A stretch of DNA of 64,000 nt. It comes from a virus. Lineage: Duplodnaviria; Caudoviricetes. Shown here in pieces: positions 17,470-27,600 of this stretch. Under the pieces are notes generated by a model that worked only from the letters and a program-made list of their open reading frames with translations, made no database searches and had not been told where the DNA came from. The stretch lies in the IMG/VR virus record IMGVR_UViG_3300013383_000026, positions 21,954-85,953 of that record; one strand, 5' to 3'. Position numbers and translations under genes: made by a program. The first letter of the stretch is position 1, and every line of letters starts with the position of its first letter.

Positions 17470-17921
17470 TAAGCATTCCCCCTCCAGCAAAGTATTGTCG
17501 GGATAATTATAGCTGTGTCAGGTACGGATTCAGCATATAAGTATATACCACCATCATAACACGCCGCCACAGGTGCAAAATTGCCGCCTGTTGCATCTAC
17601 AACAGACAAAACAACGTCCGGTATCATGCTCGATAGAACTCCTGTTAGTGGTACAGATGCTCGATATGAATAATCCACATAAGAGCTATCTGCCACAAAA
17701 GCCGTGGTAGCCACAGATATATTCTCAAATATCAATTTGACAGCATCCGTAGCTAGTTTTGTTGCAGTTACCGTCTTATCGCCATAATTGTTAGTCTGAC
17801 ACACCAAAGGGTCGGTGCCATCAGCCTTATGACTGGCGGCATGAGTTGCAGGAGTAGGAAGCAATGTGTCATAATCAGTACCATTATACCGATTTATATC
17901 TATTTCATATTTTTGAGCCAA
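17469..17921 (-). CDS. tail-associated hypothetical protein
   Basis: Context in fibre block; ATHAASHKADGTDP motif. Confidence 0.5.
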   Translation of the reverse strand: MAQKYEIDINRYNGTDYDTLLPTPATHAASHKADGTDPLVCQTNNYGDKTVTATKLATDAVKLIFENISVATTAFVADSSYVDYSYRASVPLTGVLSSMIPDVVLSVVDATGGNFAPVAACYDGGIYLYAESVPDTAIIIPTILCWRGNA

Positions 17922-17927
17922 ATTATA

Positions 17928-18593
17928 TCACTCCTTCATTTTTAACCAAATTTGACCTAAATATCTTTTAGTTGGTTGTTCAATAGATGATTCAATACCA
18001 ACAGGCTCATGTTTAACAAATATCTCCCAATATTCAGAAGATTCGCTTGGAGCTTGATTCACATTAGTAGCCTTTGCCACCCATGACGCATTATTATAAA
18101 ACACTAAATCAAGTGGATTATAATTAACAAATGAACTCCAATTATAAAGCAAATTTAACCCAACGCCCGGAGCGCCTATATCACCCCTAAGCCCTATTTC
18201 TTTCCAATATGTAATATTAGTAGGCAAATTCCCTGTACTATCGACTGAATTTATATACATATAATACAGATTGTTATATATTACAAAGTTGTATCTAGTA
18301 TATTCTCCACCAACATCCCATTCATGTGCATTCCTAAATTCATTTATTAATGTATTATATTGAACCTCTAATGAGTCCATATAATCGGGAACATTGGCAA
18401 AGTAATTCTGTTGTTGAGCCGTTAATGAATCTGCTATATCATTAATTTTATCAGCATCAAATATTTTTGTATCTAATTGAGGATTAGCCGAAATAATGTT
18501 ACTCATTCCAGCATAATCGCCATTAGTCATATTTTGAGCATATTGATTTTTTAATGTTAAATCATCTATTTGTATATCTTGTACTCTAGCCAT
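17928..18593 (-). CDS. tail protein with carbohydrate-binding-like (CBM5/12-type) repeats
   Basis: Repeats W....Y....V.YN...Y......G..P....YW. Confidence 0.55.
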   Translation of the reverse strand: MARVQDIQIDDLTLKNQYAQNMTNGDYAGMSNIISANPQLDTKIFDADKINDIADSLTAQQQNYFANVPDYMDSLEVQYNTLINEFRNAHEWDVGGEYTRYNFVIYNNLYYMYINSVDSTGNLPTNITYWKEIGLRGDIGAPGVGLNLLYNWSSFVNYNPLDLVFYNNASWVAKATNVNQAPSESSEYWEIFVKHEPVGIESSIEQPTKRYLGQIWLKMKE

Positions 18594-18602
18594 TTATCAC
18601 CA

Positions 18603-19334
18603 TCACGACTTTCTCTTAAACCACAAATAGCCCTCTTGCATATTTGTAGGTTGAGTTGTAGAAAAGGGGTAAACGACCTGTTGTGGGCTATATATGCTTT
18701 GCCAATATGAAGAGCCTGATTGCGGCGTTTGATTAGTATTTTGAATCAAACAGCCCCATACTACATTATCGTATACTACAACATCTTCAACATAATAAGT
18801 TTCATCGGATTTCCAAGCGTATCTAAATGACAAATTTTCCCCAGACGCGCCTTGTATCCCTTTGAAGCTTAATTGCCGCCAGTAATTACTATCAGTCGGC
18901 GGTGTTCCAACAGGCGGTCTTACAGTACATATAAATACCTGTGTATCGCCATTAATAACATAAGTAATAAAATTATTTATTTCATATTGTATACTAACGC
19001 TATAATCGCCGACATAATTAAATTGATTTATTCTATTGCCCCATATAGTTTGCTGAGACTGTATATAAGGTTCTATGTCCGACTTATAAAATCGTTGCAA
19101 TGCTACACAAGTATCCATCAATGTATTCATTTTTGTAGCATCGATAAATTTCTGATTGGCATTTGTTATTTGGCTATAATACTGCTGCGCCAATGTATTA
19201 TTGCCAGCTTGCATAGCCTGTTGATAACCAGTTACAGCCGCTCCGTCAGCTATACTCATATTGAGCATTGTAACGAAGCTCTGAATATTATCAGGAAATG
19301 TAGTAAATTGCAATGATGGATATTGATTACTCAA
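18603..19334 (-). CDS. tail protein with carbohydrate-binding-like repeats, paralog of 17928..18593
   Basis: YAWKSDETYYVEDVVVYDNVVW...PQSGSSYW and PPTDSNYW repeats. Confidence 0.55.
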   Translation of the reverse strand: MSNQYPSLQFTTFPDNIQSFVTMLNMSIADGAAVTGYQQAMQAGNNTLAQQYYSQITNANQKFIDATKMNTLMDTCVALQRFYKSDIEPYIQSQQTIWGNRINQFNYVGDYSVSIQYEINNFITYVINGDTQVFICTVRPPVGTPPTDSNYWRQLSFKGIQGASGENLSFRYAWKSDETYYVEDVVVYDNVVWGCLIQNTNQTPQSGSSYWQSIYSPQQVVYPFSTTQPTNMQEGYLWFKRKS

Positions 19335-19354
19335 ATACTTATCACTCCTTTCTA

Positions 19355-20920
19355 TTAAAATGACTCATACAGAGGATAAAATCTACTTAAATTCCATGTT
19401 TGCTTGCCATCGGGGGCTAAATCAACGTCAATAGATTGAACTAAATATTGATTAATTATATCCCCGCCAAGTGGTCTATAATTAACTTTCCAACCAACAT
19501 CAGCCCAATATATAGGAACTGTTGTTACATTAAGAGTATCATTTAATCTGCACCTTAAATATATCTCATATTTAGCTCTCTCTAACGCCAATTCATCGGT
19601 TTGGATGTTTTCATAATCATCGCCATATAATGGCAATGTTATTTTGCCTAATGTGCCACCAACATAAAACGGGCTATTGGGATTATTGTCTTGCCACTTA
19701 GCTTGAGCTTGCGCATGCCCCATAAATAGCCAAGTGCCATTGGCTTGATAAGAAAATACCCAATATGTATCTTTATCTAACCGCATAATTGGTGCGCCAC
19801 TTGCATTAACAACTGAATGTCGGCCAAGAAAATTAATTATTACACCTTCGCCGTTTGTTAATATTAAGCTTTCATCGGCCACATAGCCATTTCGAGACAA
19901 GAGCGTTTCATCGACAACAGAGTCTACCTTAATTGTTAAATCCTCATTATTAACGATATATACTATCTCACTACTGGAAATAGCATCCTCAGGCAAGACC
20001 AACCCTATCATATCATATTCTTTTAACTCTGTCAAGGCCGCAAATTGTGGTATTATTATATTATCTTCAACAGTTGTCTTGTCTTTTTCGCTGAAATTAT
20101 CAGGTTCATGTATAACACCATATACTTCAACGGCATTTTTAACCGATTCAAAATCAACCGCCACTGATTCACCAATAGCATTATTATCCCATGTATTTAA
20201 GTCGATTCTTATAGGGTCATCAGCCTTATAAGGTATCATATCATAATGAAATATTCCATCAACGTCAAAATACATTTGATAAGACGGCAATATATCTCTT
20301 AACGCCGTTAATACATCCCACCAAGTAGAGCCTTGTTCAAACTCCATCTCATAAGGCACATTTTGAATAGCACCGTCAACATTTTGACACTCCGACACTA
20401 CATAACGATTAAAGCCGTTTTCTTGTAATACGCCAATAATAATCTTTCGGATGTTTTGACCAACACTAAGTAATACCTTATCTTCGCCAGCTAAGCCAGT
20501 CACATAACCATTTCTAAGTCCAGTTAATTTAGCCATCAAATCAACGCCTTGAAATGATAAAGTATGTGTTTGAGCATCATAACTATAACTCGGCTGATTA
20601 ATTAAATATATGCCCATATTAGTCCATGATGTTTCGCCAGTACGAATATCATCTATACCAACATAAATTTGTATATATTTATCTAACCATATTTTACCAC
20701 CAGCCTGAACATTATATGAACTATCAGTTACTACTAATTTAATATTGCAAGTTCGCCGCATATCGCTATTAGCATCAATACTAACTGAGCCTTTAAGTAG
20801 ATTCCCCTCTAAACTATCAACTGTCAGAAACTGAAAATTAAGTAAATTAACCCTTATATATATATTTCTTATATTTTGATGAGCCGTATTATACTGTGAT
20901 TGAGTAATTTGGTTAGACAT
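19355..20920 (-). CDS. baseplate hub / minor tail protein
   Basis: GSVSIDANSDMRRTCNIKL, DLMAKLTGLRNG, MYFDVDGIFHY; position after the Dit-like gene. Confidence 0.55.
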   Translation of the reverse strand: MSNQITQSQYNTAHQNIRNIYIRVNLLNFQFLTVDSLEGNLLKGSVSIDANSDMRRTCNIKLVVTDSSYNVQAGGKIWLDKYIQIYVGIDDIRTGETSWTNMGIYLINQPSYSYDAQTHTLSFQGVDLMAKLTGLRNGYVTGLAGEDKVLLSVGQNIRKIIIGVLQENGFNRYVVSECQNVDGAIQNVPYEMEFEQGSTWWDVLTALRDILPSYQMYFDVDGIFHYDMIPYKADDPIRIDLNTWDNNAIGESVAVDFESVKNAVEVYGVIHEPDNFSEKDKTTVEDNIIIPQFAALTELKEYDMIGLVLPEDAISSSEIVYIVNNEDLTIKVDSVVDETLLSRNGYVADESLILTNGEGVIINFLGRHSVVNASGAPIMRLDKDTYWVFSYQANGTWLFMGHAQAQAKWQDNNPNSPFYVGGTLGKITLPLYGDDYENIQTDELALERAKYEIYLRCRLNDTLNVTTVPIYWADVGWKVNYRPLGGDIINQYLVQSIDVDLAPDGKQTWNLSRFYPLYESF

Positions 20921-21837
20921 TAATTACTCACCTCAGTTAAACCATTGTTATACAAATCGGCTTGATTATTAGAGTTGCCAATTTCAATCCAGTCAAAACT
21001 AACGTCGGCTATGCCCATACCGTATTTACTATCATAAGACGTTGATATATTGTCTACCACGAGTAGGCACCAAGAATGACCATTCCAATCCTTAAGTATC
21101 TTAGCCTTCTTATTAGTTAAGAAATCCTTTAATGCTTTTTGCTCTTTAACCATAGCCATACGATTCATGGCTTTAGTCTTAAGATAATCATCGGCTAATA
21201 CAGTACCAGTAACAGAGCCGGTTTCATAATTAATCAGCCCATTACTTACAACAACGGGATACTTACGTCCATAAGGCTCAAATACGCCTATTTTCTGTAC
21301 TCGCTCATTAGTGCCATATTTGACACCAGCATAGAATTTATATATAGTGTCTAAATCACAAATAAATACACCGTCAAATTTTGTTGATATTGTATTGGTT
21401 ATATAATTACCCTCAACGCCACCAACAACTGGTACAAAAGCGTATTCGTATTGTTCACCACTTGTAGCCAAATTATCATTTAATGTAAAAGATTGAGTAG
21501 TTAATGTATCGGCTGAAATATATCTTATTGATACCCAATAAAAATCAGTCGTTTTACGGCGCTTAATTTTAATGCCATCTATTTGAGACAGAGAAAAGGT
21601 GCTGTTACCAGCATTTATACTGCCATTAAAATTAGCATCCATAATGGTTAAATATTCCCAAGTGGTAGGAATTGCCGAACTGTAACTACTACTTACATCT
21701 CTTGTCGCATTCCAATGGTCAAATATACCGTTAGTCAATCTAACTGTTTTGAAATTATTAGTCAGTATGGGCGCAGGGTCTAAGGCATTGCCATCTTTAC
21801 AAAAATTATATCCGCACATCATAAACATTGACAACAC
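20920..21837 (-). CDS. distal-tail (Dit)-like protein
   Basis: GRKYPVVVSNGLINYETGSVTG, FLTNKKAKILKDWNG, VSFDWIEIG. Confidence 0.5.
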   Translation of the reverse strand: MLSMFMMCGYNFCKDGNALDPAPILTNNFKTVRLTNGIFDHWNATRDVSSSYSSAIPTTWEYLTIMDANFNGSINAGNSTFSLSQIDGIKIKRRKTTDFYWVSIRYISADTLTTQSFTLNDNLATSGEQYEYAFVPVVGGVEGNYITNTISTKFDGVFICDLDTIYKFYAGVKYGTNERVQKIGVFEPYGRKYPVVVSNGLINYETGSVTGTVLADDYLKTKAMNRMAMVKEQKALKDFLTNKKAKILKDWNGHSWCLLVVDNISTSYDSKYGMGIADVSFDWIEIGNSNNQADLYNNGLTEVSN

Positions 21838-21844
21838 CTCCTTA

Positions 21845-22921
21845 TTATGTTGTTACATTAGCTAATTTTATAGAATATTGATAACCAATACGCCTAATCC
21901 AAAATTGTATCTTATCGGTTTCTGTCGGCTTAGGAATCGAAGCGCTATAAACGTAATATTTAATATCACCATTAGTAACAGTAGCGTCGGCATATACAGT
22001 ACCATTATCATTAGTTCTATATCGCACAACTATCCTATTGTCATAATCGTCTATCATAGTGATTATGTCTGAATTTTCATTGAAATCTCTACCCCACAAT
22101 GATGCAGTGAAATTATCATTTAATTCAAAGCCTGAGTCCCATTCGACGTATTGGCCGTTGTTTCTGGCATCAACCGCAGTATTATCATCGATATAGATAG
22201 GTGGGTCAGGTTCGCTTTCAGAGCCAATTTCGACCAAATTAGATTTAACAACTACATAACCGCCAGAACAATTGTTAGTCAATTCAACAATACTAAATAC
22301 ACTCGGAACAGTATATGCAACCGATATCATGATAAGCCCAGTGTCTACTTGGGTGCCTTGAGCCGTCTGCCCTATTGCTCTAATATAATATCCCGTTCTA
22401 TCAATAAATCCAGTGAATTGATAAGAAACAATAGTCGGAGGCGCAGTGGTAGAACCGGTATATTGTGTGCCACTTGTGGTTATCTGTACTCTTTGAGCAT
22501 CATATAAAGTAAATGAATAACTATTTAATAACTCACCCTCGGCTTGATTGTAAGTTGCTTGAAAATTATATGAGCTGTTGATTATAATATTGTTTATAGG
22601 CAAGTTACTAAATACAAAACTCGGCTCAGAATAACAATAAAACTGTATGCTGTTAGATTGCGAAGAAGCCGTGCCATTAGCATTATATGTCACTACATAA
22701 GCCGAATAGTACACGCCGTTAGTTAATATACCAGCCGGTAATACATGCTCAAATTTATAGGTAGTCTGTACTGCCCGATATATAACTTCACTCGTGGCTT
22801 GATTTATTATAACCAATCTATTTTGTGCTACCTGTTCACCACCTACTACATTAAAAGTAAATGTATGAGCTTGAGTAGCATCAAATGCCGCTTGTGAATA
22901 TAAAATAGGAGCAGTTAACAT
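21845..22921 (-). CDS. tail/baseplate protein with FN3-like beta domains
   Basis: Thr/Asn-rich beta-strand repeats; context. Confidence 0.5.
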   Translation of the reverse strand: MLTAPILYSQAAFDATQAHTFTFNVVGGEQVAQNRLVIINQATSEVIYRAVQTTYKFEHVLPAGILTNGVYYSAYVVTYNANGTASSQSNSIQFYCYSEPSFVFSNLPINNIIINSSYNFQATYNQAEGELLNSYSFTLYDAQRVQITTSGTQYTGSTTAPPTIVSYQFTGFIDRTGYYIRAIGQTAQGTQVDTGLIMISVAYTVPSVFSIVELTNNCSGGYVVVKSNLVEIGSESEPDPPIYIDDNTAVDARNNGQYVEWDSGFELNDNFTASLWGRDFNENSDIITMIDDYDNRIVVRYRTNDNGTVYADATVTNGDIKYYVYSASIPKPTETDKIQFWIRRIGYQYSIKLANVTT

Positions 22922-22938
22922 AACATTATATCACTCCT

Positions 22939-24210
22939 TTACGTTTTAATTTTATACCAAATATCACCACTATTCATATTAGTAGGTTGAGCTGAAACAA
23001 GTTTATTTTTATTGGCTTCCGGATAAGGCGGAGGATTGCTTGCTGAATATTGTCTTACATTATCAACATTACTTAATCCTATATCTGATTTACTAAGAGT
23101 AACAGCACCAGTTTTTGTATTGACCGAAACAACAGGTGCATTATTCATTACATAATCAACTATGCCACCAGCATCAGCAACCGCATTAGTAGCATCATAT
23201 GTAGCTCTCATCATATCGCCGCCACCAGCAGCAGTTATAGCATCAGAAACAGCTTTTTCACTAGGTACTTTAGTGGTACTAGAACCCAATGTTGTTGTTA
23301 CATCAGAAGTTGAAACAGCCCCAATATCACCAGCCACTAAACTGACTGCGCCAGTCTTGTTATTGATAGATTGAACAGGAGCTTGGGCTGATGTGATAAA
23401 ACCCGAATCATTAGTAATATCACTTGTTTTACTTGGAATGGACGGCTTATTAGTTAAATTGTCATAATTCCCATCGCCAGCCCCAATGTTAGTACGAGCC
23501 TGTGTTTTCTGTGCGTCAGTTAATGCTTGAGACACATACTTAACCATATTGCTAGTTACTGCACCGCTTTCACCATCAATAGTGGCAACATAAACCGTAT
23601 TATCCGACAATGCGCCAATATCGGCAGGAGTTAAAGTAATATTTTGATTAAGTTGTTTAGAATTAACCGTCCTCGTATCAGGAACAGCATTAATATCGCT
23701 CGCTTGTGTAGGAACAACTATATTTGCAGTTATATCATCAGCGTCATTCGCCGTAAATTCTGCCACTTTAGTGCCGTTCTTCTGTATAGTTAACTTAGCA
23801 TCATTAACTACTGGTATAATAGTAGTGCTGGGCATTGCGCCAACATCTGTTGCCGTCAATACAACTGCGCCTTTTTTATTGTTTACGCTAGTTACTGGAT
23901 ATGCAATTTCATCAATTTTATTATTAACAAAAGAATCTATGCCGCCAGCAAGCTTGACATCGCCATTGGCATCATAATCATCTTTTTTCATATCTCCTTG
24001 CCCAACATTTGTTATGGCATCGGAAACTGCCTTCTCGCTAGGTACTTTAGTTGTGCTAGAACCTAATGTTTGAGTAATATCAGTTACGGCAACAGCGCCT
24101 ATGTCTGCTGGGCTTTTAGGTATATCCAAACTAGAAATAGATTCTCTAGCTTGAGCATCTTTTATGTCATATTTTACATTATCAACAGTTATCGTTGAAA
24201 TATCTGCCAT
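22939..24210 (-). CDS. tail fibre protein with internal duplications
   Basis: TLGSSTTKVPSEKAVSDAIT...GDM present twice; PVTSVNNKKGAVVLTATDVGA repeats. Confidence 0.65.
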   Translation of the reverse strand: MADISTITVDNVKYDIKDAQARESISSLDIPKSPADIGAVAVTDITQTLGSSTTKVPSEKAVSDAITNVGQGDMKKDDYDANGDVKLAGGIDSFVNNKIDEIAYPVTSVNNKKGAVVLTATDVGAMPSTTIIPVVNDAKLTIQKNGTKVAEFTANDADDITANIVVPTQASDINAVPDTRTVNSKQLNQNITLTPADIGALSDNTVYVATIDGESGAVTSNMVKYVSQALTDAQKTQARTNIGAGDGNYDNLTNKPSIPSKTSDITNDSGFITSAQAPVQSINNKTGAVSLVAGDIGAVSTSDVTTTLGSSTTKVPSEKAVSDAITAAGGGDMMRATYDATNAVADAGGIVDYVMNNAPVVSVNTKTGAVTLSKSDIGLSNVDNVRQYSASNPPPYPEANKNKLVSAQPTNMNSGDIWYKIKT

Positions 24211-24237
24211 ATAGAATAACCACTTCCTTTAAGTAGT

Positions 24238-24600
24238 TTATTTTGTACTCAGTACACCATCAACAATCGTCAAACCATTGCCTATTTTAACACCACCTAA
24301 TTCAGTGGCAGAAGCAACAGGTAATACATATTCATCTGGGCTACTTGTAGAAATAACAAAAGCCTTACTCATACCAGCGGGAGGAACGAATACAGGATAT
24401 TTTTTATTTATCTTAGGAGCATAATCGCCATAATAAGATAAGTTATATCCAATAGTATTTATGTCTACTACGCAAGTATTATTACTTTTTACTTCTGTTA
24501 CTACACCAAATAATATGTTGGGTGTTGATTTTTTTATGGCGGCATCAACAATTATTTTTATCGCATCAAGTATTTCTTTTTGGACTTTTGTATCTGCCAT
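24238..24600 (-). CDS. baseplate-associated hypothetical protein
   Basis: ATG 24600 after AAAGGTG; LPVASATELGGVKIGNGL motif. Confidence 0.5.
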   Translation of the reverse strand: MADTKVQKEILDAIKIIVDAAIKKSTPNILFGVVTEVKSNNTCVVDINTIGYNLSYYGDYAPKINKKYPVFVPPAGMSKAFVISTSSPDEYVLPVASATELGGVKIGNGLTIVDGVLSTK

Positions 24601-24620
24601 TACTTCACCTTTATTATCCA

Positions 24621-24645
24621 AAGGGGCAAGATTAACTTACCCCTT
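24621..24645 (-). terminator. possible terminator hairpin after tape-measure gene
   Basis: AAGGGG-AAG / CTT-CCCCTT imperfect inverted repeat. Confidence 0.4.
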
Positions 24646-24654
24646 ATCAATTTT

Positions 24655-27600
24655 TCATGCTCTCGCATAGCTATATTGATATGCAAGATTCTTTAAGCCA
24701 TCTAAAAACTCACCAGCATTAGAAACGCCCGGCAATTCAAGCCGACCAATATCAAATGAATAATTAGTCACTACTGCTCGACCTATATTAGACAAAACAT
24801 CCTTAACATTGAGACTAGATAGCGCCATAAGATTCTTTGTTGCTTCAGCCGGAATTATACCATCACCATGCCCAATCACACGCATCTCAGGGCCATTTTC
24901 ACCAACTAAGGACAAGCCACCTCTGGCATTAGTTGTACCATGAGCATATTTGCCCGTTAACTGGTCAACTTCTCTTTGAGCCTTTGCTATGGCATCAAGA
25001 TTCTGAATATACTGGAAACGACCGCCAGTAAATGCCAATATCCTATTCTCTTTGGCTTTAGCTAAATCGCTTAATTTCTCTTCAAGTTGAATCTGCTCTT
25101 CGAGAGACTGATTTTGATACTTATATATCTCTTCTTCATGTTGCCAATAATCATCTTTAGCATCGGCAAGATTCTTTAAGTATCTTTCATTCATTATCTC
25201 TAAATCACGATAATATTGTGCTTCAGAGATAATATCCATATTCAGCCAGTGTTTCTTTTCTTTCAGCCATTCATCAAAATTCTTCTTTAAGTCCTCGCCA
25301 GAGCCGGGAAGCGCCGTAACACCAGAATAAGTCGGGTCATTTCGTCTATCAGGATATTTAGGATTATTCTTAGTACCATTAGCCATAGCCGGGATAGGAT
25401 TCTCAGCTACATCGTCAACTGTTAGCTTGCGATCTTTAAGAATATCTTGAGTTTGTCTCGCCGTATAAATCTTAGCACCTTTAGGTATTGGCTGAACGGT
25501 TTCTTTGCCGTCATTATAAATCTGCCCAACACCATTATGTACGACTAATTCGCCGGAGGAACCATTGACAGGCGCACCGTCATTTATTAATGCCAATCCA
25601 CCGGGAGCCGATTTGGCACCCTTGGCAAATTTATAAGCGCCCGTTTTTGTGTAGTTAACGGTAACATTTATTGTTTTATCGTGGAGCGAATTCAGTTCAT
25701 TCTTTACAAGATTAATAGCTTGTAAAGCATTAAAAGCATTACAAGAAACAGAAAATGATTTATCGCTAATATGATAGTTTTGTACTATCCTAAGAGACGT
25801 CATAGCTGAACTCGTATTGGCTCTAACATTGACAACAGGCTGGTAAGAAGTCAATGCTTGTGCTGTAGATTGAACAACTTGTAATTGTCCAGCAACCTCG
25901 ACAGCATTGGTTGTTATCTCAACATTAACACCAGCAATTATATTGTTGACTTCTTGAACAACCGAATTGATTTGGTCTTTAGCTGCGGATACATCAGCCT
26001 CAAGCGTTACTTTAACTGTTTTGCCGTTTACCTTATCTATCCAACTATCAATTTCTTGCAGAGCAGTAGCAAGTGCTTGACCCTCTTCTGCTGTAGTAAC
26101 AGTTATTTGCTTTTGTTCATCCTCAGTATCAAGAGAGTTTAATTTAGCATTAGCCTCATCCGCATTCGTCTCGACGTTAATGTTTTTATCGCTAAACTTG
26201 ATACCCTCGGCTTCTACCAATTTAGCTATAAAATCGTCTATATTACCGATTTTAGATAAATCAATAGCTCCGCTCTCTGCTAGACTCAGTAATGCCGTTT
26301 TTAGTCCCTCAACAGAAGTTATACCTAATTCAGAATTATTAACAAGTGCTTTAGCAACCTCTCCTATCGCACTTGAGCTATTCCTCATGTGGTCGGGGAA
26401 ATTAGCTAGAGCTTTGTCCACTGTTTCGACTGATTTATTGTATTCGTCTAATGCAGCTTGCCCATTTTTATAAGCTTCCAGAAGGCTATTGTAGCCTGAT
26501 AGCCAGCTCAACTCAGCATCGGACAATTTTTCACCAGTTTCTAACCTAGCTTCTAACCCATCGGCTATTGCCTTATTTGAATCTATATAGCTTTTTGCCA
26601 GATTTAGCTGTTCTTGTGTAGGCTTAACGCTTTTGCTTATGTTGTCAGCCAAATCTTGAAATGCCGACGAAGCATCCTCTAAACTGGTAGTGACATCTTC
26701 TATATGATAGCCATAATCATTTATCTCAGCTATCATTTCTTCGGTAGACTTAATAGTGCCATTCGCCTTAACCCACGAAAGTCCTAACGCATTAGCATAT
26801 TGCTCGGCAGCATCCGTCGCATCGTGAAATGTGCTAGGTAACTTTTCTAGGGCGGCTTGCTGGTCGGGAGGCAACTCCGCCCTTTTTATGCGGATTTTAT
26901 CTTCTGCAACGCCAAAAGACGTGGACGATGTATCTCTAGCCGTCACACCCATTTTAACGCCGTCTTTGGCAGCTTCTTGGTATGCTCCTATTGCCGCCTC
27001 AGTTTGCCTCTGTTTTTCGAGGTCTATAAGTTGCTCATAATATTCTATCTGGTCTTGAAGAACTTCTATTTCATGCTGTTGCTCACTTGTTCTATCGGCA
27101 TATGACGTATTATTCAATTCATCAAGCTTCTTCTTTGCATTATCTAAACTCTGCTGATATTCATCTGCCTTTTGTTTAGATTCGTCAAAGTCACCCATGA
27201 ATTTATCGAATTTGCCATCTGCATCTTTAATAGCCTTAACGATTAATATAATAGCCGCCGCGATCGCGCCAAGCCCTAGTGCAATTACTGTCCATTTAGC
27301 TCCGCCAGCTAATGCGGCAAACGCCTCGATGCCACTAGTAGCCGATTTAATAGTAGTAGCAATTTGTGCTATTTTGCTGATAAATTCACCAGCTATACCA
27401 GTAATGCCAGTAATCGCACCGCCAAATAATACCGCCTTGGCAACGGCTTGCCCCATATCGGTATTGGCAAATTCAAGTAATTTTGTGCCAGCGTCTAATA
27501 TCGACCCAATAAATTCTTTTGTAACAGTATTAGATGCAAAATTTTCATATGCGGCTTTAAGATTCTGTAATTTTGCCTCTATAGATTCCATATAAGAGGC

